DNA of 64,000 bases from assembly GCA_040218735.1 (NCBI GenBank), contig JAVJQW010000007.1:1-64000 (forward strand). Reading direction: 5' to 3'. Every line of letters begins with the position of its first letter. The first letter of the stretch is position 1. The stretch is from Deltaproteobacteria bacterium. GTDB taxonomy: Bacteria > Myxococcota > Kuafuiibacteriia > Kuafuiibacteriales > Kuafuiibacteriaceae. Position numbers and translations under genes: made by a program. The notes under the pieces were generated by a model, which did not search any database, was not told the origin of the DNA, and saw only the letters and a list, made by a program, of their open reading frames with translations. Positions 38,722 to 47,718 of the stretch are shown one piece after another.

Positions 38722-39587
38722 GAACCAACCCCCATGGTTCGGGTGACTCGAGTTCGGTAGAACGAGACGAGATCGCCCATGAGCTCTAGGAGGACTAGAC
38801 GAGCCTCCTCGACGTACGCCGTAGCCCGTGCCGCCGTGCAGTTCGCGATCAGCGAACGCACCGCGAGCGTGTGAATTTCGATGACGTCTCGGGGGCTGCT
38901 CCGCACGAAGCCAAGGCGGTCCGAGAGCTCCAGTACTGCTCCGTGATACTCGGTGGTCTCTTTGTGGACGCGATGCTCGAGGGCCATCTCGAGGATTCGC
39001 GCATAGTCCTCGATCGCCCGCTCGAAGGCCTCCGGCGCGGTGTCCCGGAGCCGCCCCGCGGCGTAGAGCTGCGCGGTGACCGCCGTGCCTGGATCCCTCG
39101 AGAGCTCTTCGATCCCGGCGATCTCCTCGTCGCGTCGCTCGCGCTCTCGCGTCTGCTCCAGCTCGCGCTGCAGACGCGCGCGCTCGAGCGCGTAGCGGAT
39201 CGCGCGCGACAGCAGCGAGGCATCCAAGGGCGCCTTCGGCACGTAGTCTTGTGCGCCACGCTCGACCGCGTCGCGGCCCAAGGCTTCGTCGCGTGGTGAG
39301 CTCACCAGCACGAGGACCGGCACCTGCGGGGCGCACGTGTGGAGGCGCGCGAACGTGTCGAGGCCGCTCGAATCGGGCAGCTCGAGACCGAGGAGCACCA
39401 GCTCGAAGCGGCGGTCCACCAGGGCCGTGATGGCCTCGGCGAGGGTCTCCACGCTCGTGATTTGCCAGGAGGTGAAGGCCTCACGGCACGTCTGCTCGAC
39501 GCTCGCACGGTCGTGGGCGACGCTCTCGACGAGCAGGATCTCCGCCGTCTGGGTTTCTTCGTTCCCCCGGTTGTTCAGCCCGGCCAC
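38718..39587 (-). CDS. KaiA3-like protein (degenerate receiver plus KaiA-like C-terminal helical domain)
   Basis: N-terminal REC fold. The C-terminus '[20 protein letters not shown]...[22 protein letters not shown]' resembles, from memory, the KaiA3 (Sll0485) family. Coupled to kaiB. Confidence 0.8.
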   Translation of the reverse strand: MAGLNNRGNEETQTAEILLVESVAHDRASVEQTCREAFTSWQITSVETLAEAITALVDRRFELVLLGLELPDSSGLDTFARLHTCAPQVPVLVLVSSPRDEALGRDAVERGAQDYVPKAPLDASLLSRAIRYALERARLQRELEQTRERERRDEEIAGIEELSRDPGTAVTAQLYAAGRLRDTAPEAFERAIEDYARILEMALEHRVHKETTEYHGAVLELSDRLGFVRSSPRDVIEIHTLAVRSLIANCTAARATAYVEEARLVLLELMGDLVSFYRTRVTRTMGVGS

Positions 39588-39677
39588 GTCGAGAGTGTCG
39601 ACGCTATCGGGGGATCTCGGGAGTCGCGAAGGTGCCGATTCTCTGTCAGGAAATTGCCGACGCGCGTGTCCGCAGTG

Positions 39678-40310
39678 TCACTCGACGACGCCGTTCTGGA
39701 GCGCATAACGCGCGATATCGACGTAGGAGCTCAGCCCGGTCTTCTCGCGGATGCGGGCCAGGTACGTGGCTACGGTCTTCTCGCTCAACGAGAGCTCCGC
39801 CGCGATCTCCTTGAGCGCCCCGCCCAGCGCGATGCGCCGAAAGATGTCGAGCTCTCGGGGGGAGAGTGACTCGTGCGGGAGGCTCGGTGGCGGCTGGCCG
39901 ATCGACTTGGCCACGGCGTTGGCGGTCTCCGGGTGCAGATACTTACCGCCGCTCGACGCCTGCTCGAAGGCCTCGACCAGGTCTTCGGCCGCGCGGTGTT
40001 TGTGGAGGATCCCGTTCGCTCCGGCCTGGAGCGTCTGCACCACGTACTCGACCTCGGTCAGCGCGGTCAGCACGAGGATCGGGACCTCTTCGTAGCGGCT
40101 TCGAATCGTCCCGATGAGCTCCACGATTCCGCGGCCCGGCATCATGATGTCGAGGATGATGCAGGTCCACGCATGGGCGTCGAGCACCGCGAGCACCCCG
40201 GTCTCGTCTTCCGCTTCGTGGACCTCGATGTCTTCGAACGCGTCCGCGATCGTCTCGCGCACACCTCGGCGCGTAATCGCGTGGTCGTCGGCCACGAGCA
40301 CGTAGCGCAT
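39678..40310 (-). CDS. NarL/FixJ family response regulator (REC-LuxR HTH)
   Basis: 'VLVADDHAITRRG', 'LDIMMPG' and 'LSPRELDIFRRIALG...IAAELSLSEKTVATY'. Confidence 0.95.
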   Translation of the reverse strand: MRYVLVADDHAITRRGVRETIADAFEDIEVHEAEDETGVLAVLDAHAWTCIILDIMMPGRGIVELIGTIRSRYEEVPILVLTALTEVEYVVQTLQAGANGILHKHRAAEDLVEAFEQASSGGKYLHPETANAVAKSIGQPPPSLPHESLSPRELDIFRRIALGGALKEIAAELSLSEKTVATYLARIREKTGLSSYVDIARYALQNGVVE

Positions 40311-40312
40311 CG

Positions 40313-41812
40313 TCAGCTCCTGTCCTGCCAGGGCACGGTCACCCGAACGCGAGTGCCCGTGGGTTGGGATCGATCGATGGATGCCGTGCCGCCCAGGCCT
40401 TCGGCCCGCTCCCTTACGCCGAGGAGGCCGAGTGAACGAGGTGAGTCGATCAGGGCTTCGTCGATCCCGACGCCGTCGTCGGCAACGACGAGCTCGAGCT
40501 CGTCATCACGCCGCTTCAGCGTGACGTACACGTTCTTGGCCACCGCGTGTCGGGCGACGTTCGTGAGGAGCTCCTGAAGGACGCGGAACAGCTCCGTCTC
40601 GATCTTGTTTCGTGGACGACCGAGCTCTGCGATCTCGAGGCTGACCTTCGTTCGCGCGCGACTCTCGAAACGCCTCGCTTCGTCGCGCACGGCGGCGGCC
40701 AGACCAAAGGAGTCGAGCGCCGCGGGGCGAAGGCGCGCCGCGATTCCGCGCACGGCTTCCGCCATCTCGTCGGTGAGCGCCGACGTCTCGTGCAGTCGGA
40801 CATCGACCTCGCTCGGGATCTTGGAGCCGCGGAGGTGCCGCTCGATCCACTTGAGGTCCATCTTGATCGCCGTGAGCATCTGACCGAGGTGATCGTGGAC
40901 CTCGCGCGAGAGGCGGGTCTGCTCTTCCTCGCGGATCTCGTTGAGGCGCTTCGTCAGCGCGCGCATTCGCTGCTCTCGGTCGACGAGCTCGGCGTTGCGT
41001 CGTCGCACCTCGCGACCGCGCCGTTCCAGCTCGGTGATGTCCCGGCAAACGATGGTGCGTCCGTGGACCTTGCCGTGTTCATCGCGCAGCGGAGTCACCG
41101 CGACGGAGGCGGTGATCTCCTCGGAGCGTCGCGCGATCTGAATGACGTCCTTGACGACCGTCGATCCGTTGAGACGTTGGGCCGCAGCTGCGACCTCACG
41201 AAGGCCCACCACCTCGGCGCGCTCCGACGCGAGCTCTTCGATGGGTTTGCCCACGGCGGTCGCGCTGGGGATGTCGAAGAAGCTCTCGGCGGCGAGGTTC
41301 CAGCTCGTGACGATCCCGTCGACGCTCGTACTCAGGATGGCGTCTGCCGTGCTGCCGACGAGCGAACCCATGAGTGAACGCACACGCTCCTCACGCTTCC
41401 GTGCGCTCGACTCACCCATCCGGGCCATCGCGAAACCGAGCGCCCGCGTCAGGTTCTCGATCCCGACGTCGTTCTTGGAGATGTAGTCCTGAGCGCCCTC
41501 CGTCAGGCACGCGAGTGCGAGCGCCTCGTCCTCGAGCGCGGTCAACACGAGGATCGGGGTGTTCGCGGCGACTCTGCGTATCGCCCGAACACACTCGATG
41601 CCCACGCAGTCCGGGAGGCGAAGGTCGAGGATGATGGCGTCGACCGCCTCGTCTGCCAGAACCGCGTGAGCGGCCTTCATCGTCTCCGCACGGAAGATGG
41701 GGAGCTCGATGTCCGGGGCGTCCTCCTCCAACAGGCTGACGATGTAGTCGGCGTCGCCGGGGTTGTCTTCGACGATGAGGAGGCGAGGGACCTTGCTCTC
41801 GAAGCGCCTCAC
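40313..41812 (-). CDS. REC-PAS-HisKA_3 sensor kinase (NarX/UhpB type)
   Basis: 'LSREVHDHLGQMLT', 'QELLTNVARHA', 'DDGVG' and 'GLLGVRERA'; N-terminal REC. Confidence 0.93.
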   Translation of the reverse strand: MRRFESKVPRLLIVEDNPGDADYIVSLLEEDAPDIELPIFRAETMKAAHAVLADEAVDAIILDLRLPDCVGIECVRAIRRVAANTPILVLTALEDEALALACLTEGAQDYISKNDVGIENLTRALGFAMARMGESSARKREERVRSLMGSLVGSTADAILSTSVDGIVTSWNLAAESFFDIPSATAVGKPIEELASERAEVVGLREVAAAAQRLNGSTVVKDVIQIARRSEEITASVAVTPLRDEHGKVHGRTIVCRDITELERRGREVRRRNAELVDREQRMRALTKRLNEIREEEQTRLSREVHDHLGQMLTAIKMDLKWIERHLRGSKIPSEVDVRLHETSALTDEMAEAVRGIAARLRPAALDSFGLAAAVRDEARRFESRARTKVSLEIAELGRPRNKIETELFRVLQELLTNVARHAVAKNVYVTLKRRDDELELVVADDGVGIDEALIDSPRSLGLLGVRERAEGLGGTASIDRSQPTGTRVRVTVPWQDRS

Positions 41813-42231
41813 GGGAGCCTCGCGACGCCGAGCCAGAACGACTGGATCGAGCGAACGGCGGCTTCGAACTGTTCGAGCCCGACCGGCTTCGTGACGTAGC
41901 AGTTGGCCCCCAACGCGTAACTCTCCGCGATGTCCGGCGCCGCGTCCGACGAGGTCAGCACGACGACGGGCAGCCGCGCGAGCGTCGGGTGCGCTCGAAG
42001 GTGCGCGAGGACGTCGTGCCCGGACTTACGGGGGAGGTTGAGATCGAGGAGCACGAGATCAAACGCCTCCTGGGCGTCGTTGGCGCTCGCTTCGAGCTTC
42101 GCGATCGCATCGATGCCGTCGATCGCGATCGAGAACGCGAGTGTGGCGTCACCGTCGCGGAGTGTCTCTTGCGTGAGGTCGACGTCTCCCGGGTTGTCTT
42201 CGACGAGGAGGATGCGACGGAGTTGGTTCAT
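41809..42231 (-). CDS. Rcp1-like single-domain response regulator
   Basis: 'ILLVEDNPGD', 'LLDLNLPRKSG', 'VLTSS' and 'SYALGANCYVTKP...FW'. Confidence 0.92.
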   Translation of the reverse strand: MNQLRRILLVEDNPGDVDLTQETLRDGDATLAFSIAIDGIDAIAKLEASANDAQEAFDLVLLDLNLPRKSGHDVLAHLRAHPTLARLPVVVLTSSDAAPDIAESYALGANCYVTKPVGLEQFEAAVRSIQSFWLGVARLP

Positions 42232-44777
42232 GCCGACACCTCCGCGCTCTGCAGCGTCACGAAGAACGTGGTGCCGCCGCCCGGCGTCGCCTCGAACCAG
42301 ATTCGGCCTCCGTGACGCTCGACGATGCGCTTCGTGATCGCGAGCCCCATGCCGCTGCCCTCGTAGGTACCGATCGGGTGGAGCCGCTGGAACATCTGAA
42401 AAACGCGCTCCGCCTGCTCCGGATCGATACCGATGCCGTGGTCGATGACCGCGACGCGCCACGCGCTCCCTTCGGCGCAGGCCTCGATACGGACGCGCGG
42501 CGCCGCCTCCCCGTGGAACTTGATCGCGTTCTGGATCAGGTTCTGGAAGAGCTGCGCGAGCTGCACCGGATCCCCCTCGACGGTGGGGAGAATGTCGTAC
42601 GTGACTTCGCCGCCCGTCGTGTGGAGCGTGCTCGCGAAGGATCGAACGACGCGTTCCATGAGCACGCCGAGGTCGACCGGTTCGAACGGACGACCTTGGG
42701 AGCCGACGCGTGAGTACTCGAGCAGCGCGTGAACGAGCGCCTGCATGCGCCGCGTACCGTCGACCGCGTAGCGAATGTACTTGTCCGCGCGCTCGTCGAG
42801 TTGCCCTTCGTAGCGGCGCGCGAGGAGCTCCGAGTAGTTCGCGACCATGCGGAGTGGTTCCTGAAGGTCGTGCGACGCCACGTACGCGAACTGCGCGAGC
42901 TCGGCGTTGCTTCGCTCCAGCTCTTGCTCGCGCGTGATGCGTTCGGTGAGGTCGGTGATCGACGCAATCGTCGACAAACCCGACGGACCGTCGATCGGCG
43001 TGAGCCCGACTTCGACGGTGACCTCGCTGCCGTCGCGGCGGACGGCGCGCAACTCGCGGCCCTTGCCCATCGGTCGCTTCGAAGGGGCAGCGTTGAACGA
43101 GCGGATGTGGTCGCCGTGTTCGCCGCGCACGTGGGCGGGGACGAGCCCGTTGACGTGCTGCCCGAGGAGCTCGCCCTCGTCGTACGCGAAGAGATCGTCC
43201 GCGGCTTGATTCGTGAGCGTGATGACGCCCTCGCGATCGACGATCACCATCGGGTTCGGCGTCGCCTCGATGATGCGAGCGAACCACGCAGCCGAACGCT
43301 CGATCTCCGTCACGTCGACCACGGAGACGAGCGTATACCATTCGGTCTCCGCTGCGAGTCGGGTCCGGACGACCTGGAGCGGAATCTCGTGGCCGTCGCG
43401 ATGTCGACCGAGGCACCGCTCGGATCCTGCGTCCGCGTCGACCTCGGAGTCGGCGTCTTCGATGTCCGGGAGAAGGGTACGTACGGACGCGCCGATCAAG
43501 TCGCCGTCCTTCGCACCGAAGATCGCCAACGCCGCAGGGTTGGTGTGCACGATCGTTCCGTCGCGGGTAGTGACCAGCTTGCCGTTGGGGGAGCGGTCCA
43601 CGACGAGCCGGAACTGCGCGCTCTGCTTTGCGAGGCGTGCATTGCGATCGAGAATCGTCGTGCGCATGGTTTCGAACGCGCTCGCGAGGGTGATGACCTC
43701 TCGACCCCCGTGTTTCGGGAGCGACGGGCCCGGCGCGCCGTCCGATGCTTCGAGCGCGGCGACAGCGGTAGTCAATCGTTCCAGGGGTTGGGTGAGTGAG
43801 CGTGCAATAAATGCAGAGAGCAGCAAACCCACCAAGATCGTGACCAGCCCGACGACCCAGACCGTTTGGACGGCGCGATCGATGGGGCCGCGGAGGTCCG
43901 ACAGGGGCGTCGACTCGACGAACACGAGCCGCTCCGCGTTGCGTTCCCACGGCCGCGTTGCATAGACGAGCGCGTCGAGCTGGATCGTCTGCGGGGAATG
44001 AGAAGCCAGCGCGGTCTCGAGAAACGGGAGCTCCTCCCCGGCTCGGTGTTCGTGCCCCAGCTCCGTCGCGAACGTGTGCTCCGCGTCGGGGTGCAGCAGG
44101 AAATCCCCGCGTGCGTCGATCAGGTAGACGGCGCCCTCCGCCGACGCGGCGGTCATGTCCGCAAAGATGTTGGTCATGTCCAGGTTGAGCACGAGGATGG
44201 CGCGTGCTCCGCCGTCCGCTCCGACGGGGCCGGCGATTCTCAGCGTTGGTCGGTACGGGACCTCGATGCGGTGGTGCTCCTGGTTGAGCTCGATCTTCGA
44301 GACGAAGAGCTCGTCGCCCTCGAGCGCGGCGGCGCGTTGAAAGTAGGGGCGGTGTGCCTTCGTTTGAAGGTCCTCACGTGGGACCACGCGCGGCGGTCCT
44401 CGCGGGCTGCGCTCCACGCGGATGCGCTCGTGGCCGGTCGGGTGATCGAGCACCCGTAGCTGGAGGATCGCCGGGTGGCTGGCCACCACCGACACCAGGT
44501 GGGCGGTCAGCCGTGTCTCCACTGTATCGTCCTGGGATGCGGACGCGAGGAGCTCCGCAACGAGCGGGCTCGTCCGAAGCTCGACGATCTCGGACTTCGC
44601 CGCGTCCAAGTGCTGCGTGAGCATCGCGGCGAGTCGATCGGTGCGGCGGTGCATCGAACGGGTCGCGATGGGCAGCAGCGATGCTTCGAGTCGAACGCCG
44701 ACCAAGACGACGGTTGCGGCGATCGAAACGAAGACGAGGCAGGCACTCGCGAGCCCAAAACGCCTCGCGATACTCAT
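42228..44777 (-). CDS. Membrane sensor kinase (Cache-HAMP-PAS-PAS-HisKA-HATPase)
   Basis: Two TM helices, Cache-like 'LQTKAHRPYF...IELNQE', HAMP, two PAS domains, H-box 'ASHDLQEPLR' and 'YEGSGMGLA'. Confidence 0.93.
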   Translation of the reverse strand: MSIARRFGLASACLVFVSIAATVVLVGVRLEASLLPIATRSMHRRTDRLAAMLTQHLDAAKSEIVELRTSPLVAELLASASQDDTVETRLTAHLVSVVASHPAILQLRVLDHPTGHERIRVERSPRGPPRVVPREDLQTKAHRPYFQRAAALEGDELFVSKIELNQEHHRIEVPYRPTLRIAGPVGADGGARAILVLNLDMTNIFADMTAASAEGAVYLIDARGDFLLHPDAEHTFATELGHEHRAGEELPFLETALASHSPQTIQLDALVYATRPWERNAERLVFVESTPLSDLRGPIDRAVQTVWVVGLVTILVGLLLSAFIARSLTQPLERLTTAVAALEASDGAPGPSLPKHGGREVITLASAFETMRTTILDRNARLAKQSAQFRLVVDRSPNGKLVTTRDGTIVHTNPAALAIFGAKDGDLIGASVRTLLPDIEDADSEVDADAGSERCLGRHRDGHEIPLQVVRTRLAAETEWYTLVSVVDVTEIERSAAWFARIIEATPNPMVIVDREGVITLTNQAADDLFAYDEGELLGQHVNGLVPAHVRGEHGDHIRSFNAAPSKRPMGKGRELRAVRRDGSEVTVEVGLTPIDGPSGLSTIASITDLTERITREQELERSNAELAQFAYVASHDLQEPLRMVANYSELLARRYEGQLDERADKYIRYAVDGTRRMQALVHALLEYSRVGSQGRPFEPVDLGVLMERVVRSFASTLHTTGGEVTYDILPTVEGDPVQLAQLFQNLIQNAIKFHGEAAPRVRIEACAEGSAWRVAVIDHGIGIDPEQAERVFQMFQRLHPIGTYEGSGMGLAITKRIVERHGGRIWFEATPGGGTTFFVTLQSAEVSA

Positions 44778-44856
44778 GTTCTCGCCGACCGGGCCGATGG
44801 GTTCGAAGGAGTGGTGTCGGCCGCGTTGGCCTTCATCCGCACCGTCGTACCACCGC

Positions 44857-44872
44857 GCAGCGATGGTGCCAA
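44857..44872 (-). promoter_or_regulatory. Candidate sigma54 promoter for the sensor kinase/kai gene run
   Basis: TTGGCACC-ATCG-CTGC (GG-N10-GC), about 80 nt upstream of ATG 44777. Confidence 0.45.
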
Positions 44873-44931
44873 CGCGGTGGTGTGGATGGGCTACCGCAAC
44901 GTTTGCGCCTCTGGGATCCGTGTTGGAAGTG

Positions 44932-45900
44932 ATGACGAGCGGGGAGGCGATTCGAGTCGACGCGGGTCGGCGGACGCGTCTGTTGATCGTCGACGACGAA
45001 CCCACCGTCGCTCGTTCGATCGCCCGGGCGCTCGAGTTCAGTGGGTACGAGACCTGCGTCGCGTCGTGCTACGCCGAAGCGATCGATCTCGTCGACAGCA
45101 TCGATCTCCTCCTGACGGACATGCAGATGCCGGGGCCCTCCGGGTTGGACCTCTTGCTGGAGACGCAGCGTCGGCGTCCCGATGTGCCGGTGGCGATCAT
45201 GACGGCGTACGCGTCCGTGGAGGACGCGCTCAACGCGATGCAACACGGCGCGTACGACTACCTGCTCAAGCCCTGCAACACGGATGAGATCATCCTCAAG
45301 GTCGAGTTGGGACTGAGGCTGTCGCGTTATGAGCACGAGCTTCGACGCCAGAACGACGAACTGCTCGCGATGTCGAAGCGACTCGCGCACCAGAACTCGG
45401 AGCTGGAGCGGCTCGCGACGACCGACGACCTCACGAAGTTGGCGAACCGCCGTTCCTTCCTGCGGCGACTCGACGAGGCCGTTGCGAGCGCGACGCGGTA
45501 TCGCCAGCCGTTGTGTCTACTCATGCTCGACATCGATCACTTCAAACGAATCAACGATGGGTTCGGTCACCCTCGCGGTGACGCCGTGTTGGTCGAAGCC
45601 GCAGCGCGACTTCGGGCGAGCGTGCGTGAGGTCGATCTCGTCGGCCGGCTCGGCGGTGAAGAGATAGGCGTGCTCCTCCCCAACACGGAGCTGGACGGTG
45701 CGCTCGAGCTCGCCGAACGAATCCGCGTTCGCATCGGTCGCGAAGACTTCGAGGAGGTTGGTCGCGTGACGGCCTCCATCGGAGTCGCATCGCTTCAGGC
45801 CGACGCCGCGCGGTTGATCGCCGAAGCGGACGAAGCGCTCTACGACGCCAAACGCAGCGGCCGCGATCGCGTCGCGTTTTCGTCGGTGCGCGCCGCCTGA
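44932..45900 (+). CDS. REC-GGDEF diguanylate cyclase
   Basis: REC 'LIVDDE...TDMQMPG'; 'DIDHFKRINDGFGHPRGD', I-site 'REVD' and 'GRLGGEEI'. Confidence 0.93.
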   Translation: MTSGEAIRVDAGRRTRLLIVDDEPTVARSIARALEFSGYETCVASCYAEAIDLVDSIDLLLTDMQMPGPSGLDLLLETQRRRPDVPVAIMTAYASVEDALNAMQHGAYDYLLKPCNTDEIILKVELGLRLSRYEHELRRQNDELLAMSKRLAHQNSELERLATTDDLTKLANRRSFLRRLDEAVASATRYRQPLCLLMLDIDHFKRINDGFGHPRGDAVLVEAAARLRASVREVDLVGRLGGEEIGVLLPNTELDGALELAERIRVRIGREDFEEVGRVTASIGVASLQADAARLIAEADEALYDAKRSGRDRVAFSSVRAA

Positions 45901-45902
45901 GC

Positions 45903-46574
45903 TCAGTCGAGGAGGTCCGTCACGATCCGGTTGTGCGCGCCGCGCTCCGCGTCGACATAGCGGTGGTGCTTCGCCTCGATCACGCGACCACTCTCCGTCG
46001 CGACGTGCACCTCGTACTTCGTGGGGCCGTCGACGAGGTCGAAGGAGCGCGCGAAGCGCCCGGCAGCGACGCGGCGGAAGACACACCGGTACGTCGAGTC
46101 GATCTCGAACAGCGCCGGCGTCACCGTCGCGTTCATCGCCGCCTGAAGCTGGGAGCGATAGGTGTCGTCGCGCGCCGCGATCGCGAGGTTGGCCTCGGCC
46201 ACGGTACGCAGCGCGACCTCCGCCGTGACGCCGCGGTTCAGCCCGTCGTCCAGCGCCGTCATCGACGCGCGCTCGATGCGCGCCTTGCCGTCCGCGTTGG
46301 CGAGCACCGCGACCACGACGACGGTCGACGCGATCGAGAACGCCGCGAGCGGAGCGAGGATCGGTCCGCCGCGAGTGATGCCGAGGAACGCGAGGACCAG
46401 CAGCCCGCCGAGACCGACGAGGTCGACGATCCCGGGCAGCGGTCGCATCACGGCCACGCACGCACCCGACGTCGGCGCGTAGTCGTCCGGCGCGAGCCAC
46501 CCGGGGACGTCCGCGAGGCCGCTGGACATCGCGACCGTGACGATCGCGACGAGCAGCCAGGGGAGGGCGCGCAT
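45903..46574 (-). CDS. Hypothetical membrane protein
   Basis: Several hydrophobic segments; TGATG coupling to the DUF2330 gene. Confidence 0.6.
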   Translation of the reverse strand: MRALPWLLVAIVTVAMSSGLADVPGWLAPDDYAPTSGACVAVMRPLPGIVDLVGLGGLLVLAFLGITRGGPILAPLAAFSIASTVVVVAVLANADGKARIERASMTALDDGLNRGVTAEVALRTVAEANLAIAARDDTYRSQLQAAMNATVTPALFEIDSTYRCVFRRVAAGRFARSFDLVDGPTKYEVHVATESGRVIEAKHHRYVDAERGAHNRIVTDLLD

Positions 46575-47599
46575 CACTTCGCCCGCTTCCTCCGGCGCCA
46601 CCAGACGAACAACCCGATCAGCAGCAGCACGTCCACAGGGATCGGGATCGTCGTGCGATCGTCCACGACGTCGGGCGGTGGTTTCAGGATCGGCGCGTCA
46701 CGGTGAGGCGCGAAGAACACGTCGTCGACGCCGTTCCGCGGCGCGCTTCGATCCACCCACGCGTGCAGCCACGCGTCGGCCGCGACCTTCACGCCCGCGA
46801 CTTCGCCGAGGCCGTGCGGCGCGCGGTAGACCGTCTCCCCCGGCCACGCCTTGCCGGCCAACATCCCGCGCATCGGAGCGGGCGCGACGAGGAACACCCG
46901 CAGCGCGCGAGGGCCGGTCATCGAGTCGGAGCGTTGGGACGCGGGTTCGCGGTACGGATAGAACGGCTCGTCCGTCGCGAACGTCATGCGCACCGCGGAG
47001 GTCGAGACGCTCGAGCCGTCCGCGTTCTTCGCGATCGTGAACGCGGTGAGCTTCCACTTCTTGTCGACGTAGGCCGTGAGCCACGCTTCGAGGTCGTCGG
47101 TCTTCGCGAACCCACGCGCGTCGAGCCAGTCCGCGAGCGCCGCCGGGTCGTCGGCGGCGAGCACCACGGCGTCGTAGCCGCCGACGCGCTGGGTCTTCAG
47201 GACGGCGACCCGTGGCGCACCCGCGATCGACTTCTCGGCCGAGCGCCCGAGGAACATCGTGAACGGCGCGAGCACCAGCGAGAAGGGGAAGAGCTTCGGG
47301 CCCGTCTTGACGACCGTCTCGGGCTCGATCGCCCGCGCCAGTTCGTCGAAGACCGAATCGTCGACCGCGGCCAGGTCGGGCACCGACGGCGAGGGCACGA
47401 GGAACCCGAACGACGCCGCCCCGGTGTCGAAGCGCGCGCGCCGGACGAAGTGCTGCTGCTTCGCGGCCGGATCCCAGACGATCAGGGCCTCCTCCTCGAC
47501 GATGGCGACCTCGACCTCGGGCGGGGGCGCCGGGGCGCAGGGCCGCGCTTCGCGGGGGAGGGCGAGGGCCAGGGCGGCGAGGGCGACGGCGCGCTTCAC
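46574..47599 (-). CDS. DUF2330 domain protein
   Basis: Signal peptide followed by 'C', 'ALIVWD', 'FGFLVPSPSVP', 'VGGYDAVVL' and a C-terminal TM with basic tail. Confidence 0.85.
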   Translation of the reverse strand: MKRAVALAALALALPREARPCAPAPPPEVEVAIVEEEALIVWDPAAKQQHFVRRARFDTGAASFGFLVPSPSVPDLAAVDDSVFDELARAIEPETVVKTGPKLFPFSLVLAPFTMFLGRSAEKSIAGAPRVAVLKTQRVGGYDAVVLAADDPAALADWLDARGFAKTDDLEAWLTAYVDKKWKLTAFTIAKNADGSSVSTSAVRMTFATDEPFYPYREPASQRSDSMTGPRALRVFLVAPAPMRGMLAGKAWPGETVYRAPHGLGEVAGVKVAADAWLHAWVDRSAPRNGVDDVFFAPHRDAPILKPPPDVVDDRTTIPIPVDVLLLIGLFVWWRRRKRAK

Positions 47600-47718
47600 G
47601 CCGCCATCATGCCCGGGGCCGCCCGGAGCCTCCACATCTCGTGGCCGGCCGGTGCGACGACGCCCACAGGTTGCGTTTTCTTGCCTTTTGCGCCGGATCC
47701 GCAGGATCCTGGAAAGGC

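Noticed and set aside
38419-39336. 305 aa ORF that looks like an extended or fused KaiB
   Set aside because: KaiB starts at ATG 38721. The upstream part is an off-frame overlap of the kaiA3-like gene. The same artefact inflates 8502-9941, 24653-26809, 28307-29971, 35439-37454, 41809-43950, 48203-50464 and 52214-53353.
41809-44777. Phytochrome or LOV photoreceptor as clock input
   Set aside because: The transmitter and RR are Cph1/Rcp1-like, but there is no bilin-binding GAF-PHY or NCRFLQ motif.
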